A stretch of 64,000 nt of DNA from an uncultured Planctomycetaceae bacterium (GTDB lineage: Bacteria > Planctomycetota > Planctomycetia > Planctomycetales > Planctomycetaceae): contig CAXBME010000005.1 in assembly GCA_963976765.1 (NCBI GenBank), forward strand, positions 186,001-250,000, in the 5' to 3' direction. The notes under the pieces are model-generated. The model was not told where the DNA came from, did no database searches, and was given only the letters and a program-made list of their open reading frames with translations. Below are positions 50,972 through 61,789 of this stretch, piece by piece. Made by a program: the position numbers and the translations under genes. Position 1 is the stretch's first letter. Every line of letters starts with the position of its first letter.

Positions 50972-53900
50972 CTAATTCGCGACGGCAGTTGCCTCCAGGC
51001 GGAGGCGTTCGGTGTTTGAGATCAGATCGACGTGTCGGCCTTCGGTGTCGATGAGCATTGAGTGGAAAGCGGCTTCGCCTGGCTCGTCATTTGTGTCGAG
51101 CAGCACGCTGCCGTCGCGTTTGTCCAGAACGATGATGCGCCGGAGATCGGAAGGCTGAAGTAGAAAATTCCGGCGATAGCTGGTCGTGATCAGAAACGGA
51201 ATCTGGTCCAGCCGCTCCAGAATCAGGTGTTGCTCAGGCATGTCCTTTTTCCACAACTCCTTGCCGGTCGCTGCGTCGAATGCAATTACCAGACCTTTCA
51301 GCAGCACGCGTGGCAGGCCGGGCGGTTGTGTGTCGGTTGTCGTGTCAACCTTCAGAATGGCGTACAGAATCTGCCCGTCTGAAAGGATTGTGAATTCGGG
51401 ACTGCCCTTGCGAAACGTTGCAGAGATTTTCTCGAATTCGGTCAGGACGCCCGTTCGAAAGTTCAACACCTTGATATGACCAAAGCGAGCCAGGATCGCC
51501 AACTGATCGTTCGAGATCATCCGGACCTGAATTTTTGATGAGAATTCATGGTTCCAGAGTTCCTCGCGCGTCGTCGGGTCGATGGCTTTGAATGTGACGA
51601 CCGGGTCAGGGACAAGTGTGTCTTTGGAATCATTCTTTTCAGCGTCGGATTGCGTAATGGTGACAATTGAGTGTTCGTCAATTTTGACGAGGACCGATGA
51701 CTCCGGCAGTTCAGCCTGAAAGACGCTGGCGTCGATCGGTCGCCCGTCGATAGCGTCATGAGCCGCCGAAATCGTGCCGTCTGGTCGTGTCAGGAAAACT
51801 GTATTGCGAGTTCCAAAAACTCGCAGGCTTCTTTCCAGCGGTTCCAGTCTCCATCGCAGCTGGCCGGTTCGCGAATCGAAAACGGTGAGCGATCGCGAGG
51901 CGCGACTGCACAGGTAACTTGAATTAATGACGGGGACGGCATCCATCGAACCGGGACGGCGGCGAAGCATCCATTCCTGAATGTCTTCCAGTGGACGTCC
52001 GCGTCTGACGGCGCTGCGACGAGCGTTGTCGAGCCCTTCAACGGGCTGCGTCCACAGCACGCGTCGCTCAGGGAGCGAGAGCACGTTTAACACGTTACGG
52101 TTGAGGACAGCGTAAATCTGTCCTGACTGATGAACCGTCAAACCTCGATTACCAGCTTCTTCTAAAGCATTGTTCGAGCGGAGCGAGACGGTCCAGAACA
52201 GGTTGTCAGTTTTCCGGTCAAAGAAACTGAGTCGGTTTGAGCCAGCTTCTGATTTGTGAGTTTCGACTCGGTACCTGTTGAAAGGATGGTCAGCGACCAG
52301 GCGGGGGCTTTTGTTCCGTTGTTCTGTCGCTGCCGATCTTGTCGCCGTCAGGCTGATCTTGCCCCAGTCAGAACCTTGTACCGGCAACGACTCGTCAAGC
52401 TGATTCACCAGTGGCTTCAACGCGTCTGAGACAACCGTCCCATTGGGAAGTACCGCGGTCACAAAGTCCGTCTGAAGCCGCCGCATCAGCGTTTGAGTAT
52501 CCTGATCGACGATGGCGAGTTTATTTCTCAGTTGCAGTCTGTTGAGCAACGCATCGGCTGTTTGGCTCGGTGCGCCGAAACGGGCGATCTGCTTGAGCCA
52601 GTGTTCGGCATCAATAAAACGTTCGGCAGCAGCTGCTTCGTCAGCCAGTTGCCGAGCCAGCTTCTGCGAGTTCGGATGGAAACGGAACAGTATTGCGAGA
52701 CGTTCGCGGTCTGAAGTTGAAACTTCTGGCTGGTTTCGTTGTTGCAGAAACTCGCCAACCTTGTTCGACATCCGCGATTGCTCGGCAGTCGACAGTCGGA
52801 GCCAGACAGACTCGAACTGGCGAGCCAGCCAGGCGTCAACGTCGACGGTGATTCGGTCGTCGTCGAATCGTTTGATAACGCCAGTCGAAGAGGCAGTCGT
52901 CAGCGCCAGAAGTTGCTCGAAAGCTTCGACAGGACGATTTAGTTCGAGCAGTGATTCGACTTTAAGTTGTCGACGCTGGAGCTTAAACGCGGATTCCTCG
53001 ACGCCGATCGTTTCGAACAATGGCTCCACCTGGTCCAGCAGTGCGAGTGCCCGGTCCGGTTGCGATTTGATCTGGCCGGCAGCCGCCTGCATGAGCAGTG
53101 TAAGAATTGACTGATGCAGAATTGTGTCGGGATTGGCTGAAAGCCGAGGCCGCAGAATCTCGATCGCGGCTGAGTACTGGTTTTTCAGAAGCGCCTGTTG
53201 AGCTTCCAGAATGTCGGCAGTGCCGGCGTCGCCGGAAGATCGAATGGCCGCCAGTCGAGTTCCCAGGGTTTCTTCCAGTTCCCACGCCGTAATACCGAAC
53301 GGGGCGTGCGAGATCAGCAGGCCCTGGTAAAAGGCAAGATTCCCCAACGGCGGGTAACCGGAAGCTACTTCGATTCGTTCGGCAAGCCTGGCCTGCTCAA
53401 GATCGAAACGCAGCAGCACGTTCTTTTGAAGCGGCAACCAGAAAGAGTCGCCGGCAACGACGCCGCGTCCCGATGGCAGGCCGTCTTCAGGAGCGAACCC
53501 GATTTCTGCCTGCGTTGAGCCGTCGGGCTTGAGAATGACAACTGAATCTGGCCAGGTCACGACGGTTCGTCCGCCTGAAGCTCCGTTGACGGCGAGTGCC
53601 TGATCGCGCGGCAGTGACCAGATTCGCTTTCCCGTGAAGACATTGACGCAGTCGAGGAAACGTGTCGTGCCATCTGATTCGTCGCGAGGTTCTGCAGGAG
53701 CGTAAACAACTCGGTCGCCCATAATGATCGGAGTCGACGGGATCCAGGTTTCGCCGATCGATTCGTTGGCCAGTTGGATGCCGCCCTGGAAACCTCGGAA
53801 CAGCCGCGGGCTTCCGATGCGGCTATCCGGTTCGCGTTCGGAATAGCGGTGAGCCCAGACGATGGTGCCTGTCGATCGATCGACGCCCACCAGCCAGCCA

Positions 53901-55711
53901 ACGGTGGTAGGACACACGACGATTCCGTGAGCGGTCGCCAGTTGAGCCGACCATAGTCGCCGGTTGAGGTTTCGTTCGAGGCCTTCCTCTGCGAAGGCAA
54001 TCTGCTGCGACCATCGCGCTGTGCCGGATTTGGGGTCCAGGCAGAAGAGTCTGATTGAATTTTCTTTCTGCCCGACGATGAACAGGTCGCCTCGGTCGGG
54101 CAACGGTGCTCCCAGAAAGAACCAGCCGGCCAGTTCGGGCGCGAATGGTTCACTGGTTTCCGGCCCTCCGATTTGCCATACGGGGTCGCCAGTATTCAGG
54201 TCATACGCTTTCAGCCGATTGGATGTGGCCGAGTCAGGCCGTGGCGAGGCGTTGGCGCCCGCGGCCTGCCGGATACTCGTTCGGCCTAATGTGAAAACAG
54301 GATCGTCTTCGAGAAAGTACACGGTCTTCCGGTCGCTGCTGATAATGCCGTGTGCCGCGTTCTGAAACACAAACTGACCGATTGGTCCCCCGGTTCGATC
54401 AACAGCCACGGCTTCCGAGAACAGCGGCGTCATGTTCGGCGTCAGGTTGGCAATGCTGCGAGCGTCAGACGACGCGGTACCAAGCAGTCCTTCGACGGAA
54501 TCATCTTCGGCTGTCGTCCAAAGATGCTGCCCGGTAACGGCATCAACGACTTCGACTCCGCGAAACGTGCGACAGACCAGTTTGCCATCAACGAAAATCG
54601 GGGCGGCTGCCGGGATTGTGGGCACCGATCGGTAAGTCAGATCAGAGATAAGGTTTTCGATCGTTGATTTCAGACTCGACTGGGAAGTCGTCGGAAACTC
54701 CCATCGACGAATCATCACGGGCCGGCTCGCGACCGAAGGTTCGGCGTGTCGCTTCGAGTTTCCGCCCAGCAGCGGCCACTGATCCTGAGCGGTTGGTTCA
54801 GCACTGACGAACTGGTTGCGGAGCATTCGAAGTGTGTCTGACAGTCTTGCCGGATCAGGCGACGCACTGGTCAGATCGAGAATCAATTGGGTTTTCTTTT
54901 GCCAGGCTGGCGACCTGGTGACTGACGAGTCGGAATTCTTGAGAAGCTTCAGCCAGTTGGCGGCCAGCGCGAATTCACCTCGGTCAACCAGTTGAGCCGC
55001 GAGTCGATCGGCCGCCTGATACCCGATCGGCGTTCCGAAAAACCGGACGGCGACGTGGCTCAACTGCTGCAGACTGTTGTCCAGAATGGCCTGGTCAAGC
55101 AGCGTCTTCGCCAGCGTACCGTCTGATCGTGCACGAGCAGCGCGAACGTTCTCTGGAAGTCCTCCCAGCAATTCCGCGGCACTTAGTCTGACGGATTTCA
55201 GGCTGCCATCCGAGTGTCGAATGACGTAGTCCTCAGAGTTCGTACGATCGGGATGATCGGCCAGGCGATCAAGACGCCGTAACACGTCGTCCCAGTCCCG
55301 ACCTTGAACAGCTCGTTCGATTTTCTGCCACGCAGCCTGCCTGGCACGGTTGATCGGTGCTCGGAAATCGATGTTGTCAAGATTCCGCTGAGATCTCGGA
55401 TCGTCCTCATCCTCGACTTGCGGCTCTGGATCGTCGTCCTCATCAACTTCGTTGGCAGTCGGCTTAGTGGCGTTGGGCTCTGCTTCTTTATCATTTCCAG
55501 CCTGAGCGAAACGTTCGCCATCAGTGTCCGGAGCCAGGTTCTCGCCGGGCGCACCGTCGGGTCGAAACCGCGGCAGATCCTGGCAAAAAACAATCGTGGG
55601 GGGGCTCAGGAAAACGAAGGCGGCAACCAGAAACGGGACAGCGTTCTGCATCACTGATCGAAACGACCGGCGAGTCACGCTGTTAAGAGGTTGCTGATTT
55701 TGCGAAGTCAC
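50972..55711 (-). CDS. Large PQQ-like beta-propeller repeat protein with TPR-like helical regions
   Basis: Signal-like N-terminus; WPLLGGN..R; repeated [AC]xDxxTGxxxW blades. Confidence 0.82.
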   Translation of the reverse strand: MTSQNQQPLNSVTRRSFRSVMQNAVPFLVAAFVFLSPPTIVFCQDLPRFRPDGAPGENLAPDTDGERFAQAGNDKEAEPNATKPTANEVDEDDDPEPQVEDEDDPRSQRNLDNIDFRAPINRARQAAWQKIERAVQGRDWDDVLRRLDRLADHPDRTNSEDYVIRHSDGSLKSVRLSAAELLGGLPENVRAARARSDGTLAKTLLDQAILDNSLQQLSHVAVRFFGTPIGYQAADRLAAQLVDRGEFALAANWLKLLKNSDSSVTRSPAWQKKTQLILDLTSASPDPARLSDTLRMLRNQFVSAEPTAQDQWPLLGGNSKRHAEPSVASRPVMIRRWEFPTTSQSSLKSTIENLISDLTYRSVPTIPAAAPIFVDGKLVCRTFRGVEVVDAVTGQHLWTTAEDDSVEGLLGTASSDARSIANLTPNMTPLFSEAVAVDRTGGPIGQFVFQNAAHGIISSDRKTVYFLEDDPVFTLGRTSIRQAAGANASPRPDSATSNRLKAYDLNTGDPVWQIGGPETSEPFAPELAGWFFLGAPLPDRGDLFIVGQKENSIRLFCLDPKSGTARWSQQIAFAEEGLERNLNRRLWSAQLATAHGIVVCPTTVGWLVGVDRSTGTIVWAHRYSEREPDSRIGSPRLFRGFQGGIQLANESIGETWIPSTPIIMGDRVVYAPAEPRDESDGTTRFLDCVNVFTGKRIWSLPRDQALAVNGASGGRTVVTWPDSVVILKPDGSTQAEIGFAPEDGLPSGRGVVAGDSFWLPLQKNVLLRFDLEQARLAERIEVASGYPPLGNLAFYQGLLISHAPFGITAWELEETLGTRLAAIRSSGDAGTADILEAQQALLKNQYSAAIEILRPRLSANPDTILHQSILTLLMQAAAGQIKSQPDRALALLDQVEPLFETIGVEESAFKLQRRQLKVESLLELNRPVEAFEQLLALTTASSTGVIKRFDDDRITVDVDAWLARQFESVWLRLSTAEQSRMSNKVGEFLQQRNQPEVSTSDRERLAILFRFHPNSQKLARQLADEAAAAERFIDAEHWLKQIARFGAPSQTADALLNRLQLRNKLAIVDQDTQTLMRRLQTDFVTAVLPNGTVVSDALKPLVNQLDESLPVQGSDWGKISLTATRSAATEQRNKSPRLVADHPFNRYRVETHKSEAGSNRLSFFDRKTDNLFWTVSLRSNNALEEAGNRGLTVHQSGQIYAVLNRNVLNVLSLPERRVLWTQPVEGLDNARRSAVRRGRPLEDIQEWMLRRRPGSMDAVPVINSSYLCSRASRSLTVFDSRTGQLRWRLEPLERSLRVFGTRNTVFLTRPDGTISAAHDAIDGRPIDASVFQAELPESSVLVKIDEHSIVTITQSDAEKNDSKDTLVPDPVVTFKAIDPTTREELWNHEFSSKIQVRMISNDQLAILARFGHIKVLNFRTGVLTEFEKISATFRKGSPEFTILSDGQILYAILKVDTTTDTQPPGLPRVLLKGLVIAFDAATGKELWKKDMPEQHLILERLDQIPFLITTSYRRNFLLQPSDLRRIIVLDKRDGSVLLDTNDEPGEAAFHSMLIDTEGRHVDLISNTERLRLEATAVAN

Positions 55712-55836
55712 TCAGGTTTCCAAACGGCCATTTGACTCGTAGGTGTACTGCCACAATTGGAATCGCGAACGCAGATTTGTGAGTATATCCAGGCTTGTGG
55801 TACTTGCCACGGGGCTGGACTTATCGCACGAAATTC

Positions 55837-56030
55837 CCGGGTGAACGGTTGCTGGTCGATAGGGCCGGGTCGTCCGAACCGGACACGTCATGCGGATCAG
55901 TCGTTACGCATAAACGGGCTGCTCATCGAGCACGAATTCTGCCAGAAGAATCGGGACTGTCGACGAATCCGGTTGAAGCGTTCTGGCTGTGACGGTCCTG
56001 CTGACTGATCGCCATCGGGGACTCACCCGG
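55837..56030. ncRNA. Candidate structured ncRNA (long nested rod; identity unknown)
   Basis: Four nested complementary segment pairs plus internal hairpins in a 600-bp intergenic region. Confidence 0.3.
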
Positions 56031-56316
56031 CCATGCAAGAACCGCTCGCGTCTGCAGGTTCGGAACGACCGGCGCTTCGGGCAGCATGCCTACGTCAACC
56101 ACGAGACGCTCGATCCACGTTTCAGGATCAGCCGCTGTGAATGTCGCTACTGCGCCGAAGTCAGAGGATCAGTCGATTCTCGAATGGTTGCCGATGACTT
56201 TCTGCTTGACTCCTGCCGATTCTCAGAATGGCTTTGCTCGGGTCGTAAGAAGCGAGGCTGCTGGAGCTGGGATAGCTCGCGCATCACGAAGAGAAAACTC
56301 TAAGGAGTCTGCTGCT

Positions 56317-58341
56317 ATGGTGAACCTTCATCGCTGGTTGAAGAGAACTTCGCCACATCTTCTTGTCGCCGGTTCACTTGTGATGACCGGTCTGTCAGGA
56401 TGCCGCACCGCTCCATACTCGGCAGTCGAAGTGGAACCCGCTCCGACAACATACCCAGCTCCGCTGATGGTTCCGGAAGCTGTCTCGGAAACAGTGACGC
56501 AGACCGTGCCGTATACGGAGCCGTTTGCCGCTCCGCCTGAAACCAACGAAAACTTCGACACCGAATTGGACGGCGACCTCTTTCTTAAACCGCCTGCGCC
56601 GCCACTGGCCGAATCAGTGAGCAGTTCCGGTAACGGCCCACGTCTGCCGTTCCCGGAAATCGACAAGCCGGATGATTCTTACGATGAATCACTGACCGAC
56701 GTGACACCAGCATCAGAACCAGAAATCGTCGCCAGTGAGTCCGAAAACAAGGTTGCAGACGCCGATCCGCTGGCTGAGTCGAACCTGTTTCCGGAAGACA
56801 GCCCGAAGGGGAACGGCAGATCGAGGAGTGTGACTGACGAAATAGTCGGAGTCGTTGAAGATGCAACTGATCCGACCAGTGGCGCAGAAGCGAAACCTGA
56901 ATTCGAAAAGCCAGCCGCCGACCCGTTCCAGGATTCGTTCGAGCCGATCGTTGCTGATCCGGAAGTTCCCGTTCCAAACCCTGGCACAGTCGAAGTCACG
57001 AAACCGGAAACCGGACTGACTCCAGTCGAGCCTTTGCGAAAAGCTGACTCCGCCTCGGAAAACGTGACGAAAGTTGAAGTGAAGGAACAGCTGGCGAAGG
57101 AAACTTCGAGCCTCTTTCCGCCGACGAAAATCGTGCTGCCTCGACCACAGGTCAACTCAGAGGGGGCACCCCAGGAAGAGATCAACGAAGACGACCTGCC
57201 TGTCACGTCTCCGAAAGCTGATGTCGAAGTTCCGACGCAGGATCTGAACGACGATGCTTCTGCGGCGTTGCCGGTGATCACACCGTCGACCCTGGCTGAA
57301 AAAACGAAACCGTCAACACTGCCGAGTCTGCCACAGCTTGATGCGAAGAACTCGATTGAGCCAGAACGAAAAACAACAATCGACCTGCCGCAACCGGATC
57401 AGCTGGCCTCGATCGTGAAATCCGATGGCAAGCTCCCGACAACCGACACAGCAAAAAGCAAATCCTTCACCAAACCGCTCTTTCCGACAACGCCGACCGA
57501 ACCAGTGACCCTTTCGCAGGATGCCGTTTCGGTAGTCGCCGAAATCTGGTCGCCTGGTGATAATGTTACGTTTGACAATTCCGGCAACGCATTCGTCTCG
57601 CACGGCAAACACATCTCGAAGGTTTCACTGGACGGTTCTGTCGAGCCGTGGGCGACGATGGGCTCTCCCCGAGGTCACGTCATCCTCTCCGACGGCAGCC
57701 ACCTGGTGGCCGATGCCGGGCAGCGTGCGATTGTCAAACTGAACCAGGCTGGTGAGCAGGTTCGTAAGGTCGCGACGCGAAGTGACGGCAACTTCCTGCG
57801 AGCACCGAATGATCTGGTGGCCGATTCAATAGGCGGCGTTTATTTCACAGACCCCGGGTATGCCCGCATCAGCAATCCAATCGGTCGCATTCACTATGTC
57901 GCTGCCGACGGAAGCGTGACGATTGTCGCTCAACATCTGGCCTTCCCGGAAGGGATCGCTCTGTCGGCAGATGGCTCGAAGCTGCTGGTAGTCGAAAGTC
58001 AGAACAGCCGGCTGATCGAGTTCGAAATCCGATCACCAGGTCAGGTCGGACCGAAGCAGGTCATCGCAGAACTTGCCACCTCAGCCAATGATGCTGAAGG
58101 TTTCGCCAACGGTCTGCTGGTTGATCCGACGAGCGGGCGCCTCTTCGTCGCTTACGGAGATCGACGGCGGGTTGAGATGTTGTCACCCGAAGGCAAGCTG
58201 CTTCGATCCATCGAGATCGGAGCCACCGTGAACGGCATCGCCTTCAAGGATGGTGACTTCAGCCGGGTCTTTGCGACCGGTGGAGCACGCTCCGACCAAA
58301 AGAACGCTGGCCAACTGTTCGAAATCAGGATTGCCGAATAG
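56317..58341 (+). CDS. Lipoprotein with long Pro/Glu/Thr-rich linker and C-terminal SMP-30/gluconolactonase-like propeller
   Basis: RBS TAAGGAG before ATG 56317; lipobox LSGC; RAPNDL...YFTDP...AFPEGIALSADG. Confidence 0.85.
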   Translation: MVNLHRWLKRTSPHLLVAGSLVMTGLSGCRTAPYSAVEVEPAPTTYPAPLMVPEAVSETVTQTVPYTEPFAAPPETNENFDTELDGDLFLKPPAPPLAESVSSSGNGPRLPFPEIDKPDDSYDESLTDVTPASEPEIVASESENKVADADPLAESNLFPEDSPKGNGRSRSVTDEIVGVVEDATDPTSGAEAKPEFEKPAADPFQDSFEPIVADPEVPVPNPGTVEVTKPETGLTPVEPLRKADSASENVTKVEVKEQLAKETSSLFPPTKIVLPRPQVNSEGAPQEEINEDDLPVTSPKADVEVPTQDLNDDASAALPVITPSTLAEKTKPSTLPSLPQLDAKNSIEPERKTTIDLPQPDQLASIVKSDGKLPTTDTAKSKSFTKPLFPTTPTEPVTLSQDAVSVVAEIWSPGDNVTFDNSGNAFVSHGKHISKVSLDGSVEPWATMGSPRGHVILSDGSHLVADAGQRAIVKLNQAGEQVRKVATRSDGNFLRAPNDLVADSIGGVYFTDPGYARISNPIGRIHYVAADGSVTIVAQHLAFPEGIALSADGSKLLVVESQNSRLIEFEIRSPGQVGPKQVIAELATSANDAEGFANGLLVDPTSGRLFVAYGDRRRVEMLSPEGKLLRSIEIGATVNGIAFKDGDFSRVFATGGARSDQKNAGQLFEIRIAE

Positions 58342-58392
58342 TTCGGCAGATTGCGGTTTGTTGAGGGGCTGATCACCTACAGGTTTCGAAGT

Positions 58393-58468
58393 GTGTCACC
58401 GGCTTTGCCAGTGCAGATTTGCCATCAACTGGCCAATCGAAAAGGACTGGGCAATGCCGGCGGAACAC
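58393..58468. repeat. Degenerate REP family A copy between convergent genes
   Basis: GTGTCACCGGCTTTGCCAGTG ... ACTGGGCAATGCCGGCGGAACAC. Confidence 0.65.
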
Positions 58469-58519
58469 TTTTGGCAGGGCTTGTAGCAGACGTTAAAGGC
58501 TTCAGCCCCGCCGAAATTC

Positions 58520-59521
58520 TCACGAGTTGAGTTTCAGAATCCGCTCCGCATTACCACGGAAGATTTTTGTGGCAGCCTCGGGCGGCAAGTCGAGGCTGTC
58601 GAACAGTTCGAACTGAGGCACCACCTGTCCAGGTTGCAGATAGTCGGTTCCGAAGAGGAGTCGATCCTGGCGACGGACCATAAACTCACGACCGAATTCA
58701 AGGTCGCGGCTGATTGAGTTCGCTCCTGATCCGGCTGAGAGATCGCCGTAGAGATTCGGATACTTCTCCATCAGCGTGTCGATCGCGCCGCCGGGGCGAA
58801 CCTTGTCTTTGGGATAGCTCATCAGTTCTGCCTGAGTCAGCCCGCCGGAAATCGATGCCCACCATCCGGGACCGTGTCCGATGAAGTTGAGCTTGGGAAA
58901 CGTGGCGATAGCATGTTCAAGTCGCGGTAGACCGGGCTGATCTTTTCCCCGTTCGTTATCCATGTGAAAGAGCAACGGAATCTGCAGCTCCTGGCACACG
59001 TCGTAAATCTGCATCATGAGCGGGTCGTCAAAGTTGAGCCCGACTTTATGCTCACCGAACCCGCGAGCTCCCTGCTCGACATACTTACCGATGACTTCGA
59101 GAAACCCTTTTCGTCCGCCACGCAACGACGTTCGAGGGTCGATCGAGCAGAACGCTACGAAACGATCAGGATGCGCTTTCGCGGCGGCCAGAGCAGGCTC
59201 AGTGAGCAGCAGGAAGCTCGACGATTCCGGCGACGTCAGTGGCAACAGAACCGACATTTCGACGTCGTGCTCGTCCATCCACCGCAGCAACCCGTCGGCG
59301 GTCAGCTCTTTGTTGCCGTTCCACGTTGTGCCAATGTGAGTGTGCACGTCGATGTGTTTTGAGGCTTTCCGAGAGCTGGCCTCGGCAGCGTACAGGCCAG
59401 GAATCGAGAACCGCCCTGACCTTCCCGACTGCGAAGGAGTCTCTGCAATGAGACCTGCGGCACCAACCGCGACTGCTCCGTGAATGCTTCGTTTCAGAAA
59501 CTGACGTCGGCTCACAGACAT
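58520..59521 (-). CDS. Tat-exported amidohydrolase (Amidohydro_2)
   Basis: SRRQFLK; IDVHTH; GFGE; LLFH; LLFGTDY. Confidence 0.9.
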   Translation of the reverse strand: MSVSRRQFLKRSIHGAVAVGAAGLIAETPSQSGRSGRFSIPGLYAAEASSRKASKHIDVHTHIGTTWNGNKELTADGLLRWMDEHDVEMSVLLPLTSPESSSFLLLTEPALAAAKAHPDRFVAFCSIDPRTSLRGGRKGFLEVIGKYVEQGARGFGEHKVGLNFDDPLMMQIYDVCQELQIPLLFHMDNERGKDQPGLPRLEHAIATFPKLNFIGHGPGWWASISGGLTQAELMSYPKDKVRPGGAIDTLMEKYPNLYGDLSAGSGANSISRDLEFGREFMVRRQDRLLFGTDYLQPGQVVPQFELFDSLDLPPEAATKIFRGNAERILKLNS

Positions 59522-59820
59522 CTTGAAACTCCTGATGGAATGAGAATTTGCGACAAGTGTCACTGCTCAGTCGGACCTGAGCCTTCTTTTCAAAACAGGC
59601 AGAATGGTGGCGTCTGGTCGTTGTGCAACCAGAGAAAGCTTCCATGACGAGAAACGCTAGACTGGCCGGCAGAGTTCGTCCAGCCTGTGAACGCTCGACG
59701 AGCCCTGCTTAAGCGGGAATACTGGCCACCGCAGCGACTTCGAATCTCCGCCAGCCATTCATTGTTTGTTTTCTGAACTCACCGTTCGTCGAAATTCTCA
59801 GAGACTCATCAGGTCATGAC

Positions 59821-60855
59821 ATGAACGAATCAATCCGTGCGGCACTCAACCATATTCTTGACGGGCAGACGGTCCCTCGTCCTGCTACCGAAGCCGCATT
59901 TGCAGCCATTATGGACGGTGAATGCTCAGAAATAGAAATCGCCGCCTTGCTGACGGCGCTGACCGTTCGAGGCGAAGCAATCGAGGAAATCGCCGGCGCG
60001 GCAGCCGTCATGAGGCAACGCGCGACGCGAATCGAGTGTCAGTCAGAAGGGCTGCTTGATACCTGTGGAACCGGCGGCGACCGGTTGCACACCTTTAACA
60101 TCAGCACGGCGACGGCGTTTGTGGCCGCGGCGGCTGGTGTCCCGGTGGCCAAGCACGGAAATCGAAGCGTGTCGAGTTCAAGCGGCTCCGCCGACGTGCT
60201 GGAAGCACTCGGAATCAACCTTCAACTCTCCCCCGAGCAGGTTGGAAAGTGCATTGATGAAGTCGGCATCGGTTTCTGTTTTGCACCACTTCTGCACTCC
60301 GCCATGAAGAACGTTGTACCGGTTCGGAAGGCCCTGGGGATTCGGACAATCTTCAATTTGCTCGGACCACTGACGAACCCGGCGGGGGCTCAGTTTCAGT
60401 TGCTCGGAGCAAACCGAAAACACTTTGCTCAAAAGCTGGCGACCGCATTGTTTCAGCTCGGCTGCGATCGTGCGCTGGTCGTATGCGGAAACGACGAACT
60501 CGATGAAGTCAGTCTGTGGGGACAGACGGCTGTTTTTGATGTATCCCGTGACGGCGTCGTTGAACATGTCTGGTCAGCGAGCGACTTCGGACTCTCTGAA
60601 TGCAATGTGAACGAACTGGTTGTCAACGGTGCGTCTGAGAGTGCAGATCGAATTCGTCGGATTTTTGGCGGAGAAACGGGACCATCTCGAGACATCGTCG
60701 TTGCCAATGCTGCCGCATCACTGGTTGCTGCGGGTAAGGCGGCCGGTCCGAAGGAAGCGGCAACGTTGGCGTCAGAAGCCATCGACAGTGGCCGGGTAAA
60801 AGAAGTTCTTGCACGACTGTCGGCTACCACAAATGAGATGTCAGTGGTTAAGTAG
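59821..60855 (+). CDS. trpD: Anthranilate phosphoribosyltransferase
   Basis: DTCGTGGD, FNISTA, KHGNRSVSSSSGSAD, RTIFNLLGPLTNP. Confidence 0.97.
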   Translation: MNESIRAALNHILDGQTVPRPATEAAFAAIMDGECSEIEIAALLTALTVRGEAIEEIAGAAAVMRQRATRIECQSEGLLDTCGTGGDRLHTFNISTATAFVAAAAGVPVAKHGNRSVSSSSGSADVLEALGINLQLSPEQVGKCIDEVGIGFCFAPLLHSAMKNVVPVRKALGIRTIFNLLGPLTNPAGAQFQLLGANRKHFAQKLATALFQLGCDRALVVCGNDELDEVSLWGQTAVFDVSRDGVVEHVWSASDFGLSECNVNELVVNGASESADRIRRIFGGETGPSRDIVVANAAASLVAAGKAAGPKEAATLASEAIDSGRVKEVLARLSATTNEMSVVK

Positions 60856-60873
60856 ATTTATGAGGGAAGCAAT

Positions 60874-61485
60874 TTGATGAGTCGTCGAAGTCTGAAGTTG
60901 ATCGCCGTTGTGTCCGTTCTGATGTTTGCTGTTTCGGCCGAACTCATCGCGGCAAAATTCAACCGCGTGCTGGACGTCGGCAAGCCGGCACCGGCTTGGA
61001 AGGATCTGCACGGAGTCGACGGGAAGACGCACAGCCTCGACGAGCTGAAAGAAGCCAAAGCGATCGTCGTTGTCTTTACGTGCAACCACTGCCCGGTCGC
61101 GCAGGCCTACGAGCAGCGTTTGATCAAGCTGGCTGAGGAAACTCGAAAGCAGGGTGTCGAGTTCGTTGCAATTAGCGTGAGCCTTTACGAAGCCGATAAT
61201 CTTGCGGCTATGCGGAAGCGATCAACGGATCGGAAGTTTCCGTTTGCGTATCTTCAGGACCCGACTCAGCAGACTGGAAAAAACTACGGAGCGTTGTGGA
61301 CACCCTGTGTCTTTCTGCTCGATGCCAGACGGCGAATCGCCTACATGGGCGGGATCGATGACAGTATGTATCCCGAGAAAGTTGATCGACGATTTCTGAA
61401 GGATGCGATTGACGCCACACTTACCGGTAGGACGATCGAGATCAAGGAGACCAGGCCAGTCGGATGTCCGATTGAATACGAGTAA
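60874..61485 (+). CDS. Exported AhpC/TSA-type thioredoxin-like (PRX-like) protein
   Basis: Signal peptide; FTCNHCP; YMGGIDD; PVGCPI. Confidence 0.9.
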   Translation: MMSRRSLKLIAVVSVLMFAVSAELIAAKFNRVLDVGKPAPAWKDLHGVDGKTHSLDELKEAKAIVVVFTCNHCPVAQAYEQRLIKLAEETRKQGVEFVAISVSLYEADNLAAMRKRSTDRKFPFAYLQDPTQQTGKNYGALWTPCVFLLDARRRIAYMGGIDDSMYPEKVDRRFLKDAIDATLTGRTIEIKETRPVGCPIEYE

Positions 61486-61789
61486 CCAGGTCGCATCGTG
61501 GAAGTCTGGGCACATTTCGGTCGCGATCGGTCGCACTAATCAGAAAATGACTCAGGTTGCCAGCCTGAATGGCCTGAATACCGAATAATGCTGTTTTTTA
61601 AGGATTTCACGCGTATTAGTTGACTTTGCGAGACTCGACACCTTAATAATCCCCACGTCGTTAAGGATTGCCTGAACGGCATCGAACTCTCAATTCAACC
61701 TGTTATCCCGTTCTGATCGGTCGACGGGTTTCAACGAGAATCAAAATTAACCCTCTTTACAGCTTCCAACCAGCTACATCTTTGAAAGG

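Noticed and set aside
61620..61650. Sigma70 promoter for HU
   Set aside because: Good -35 (TTGACT) but no convincing -10 at 16-18 bp
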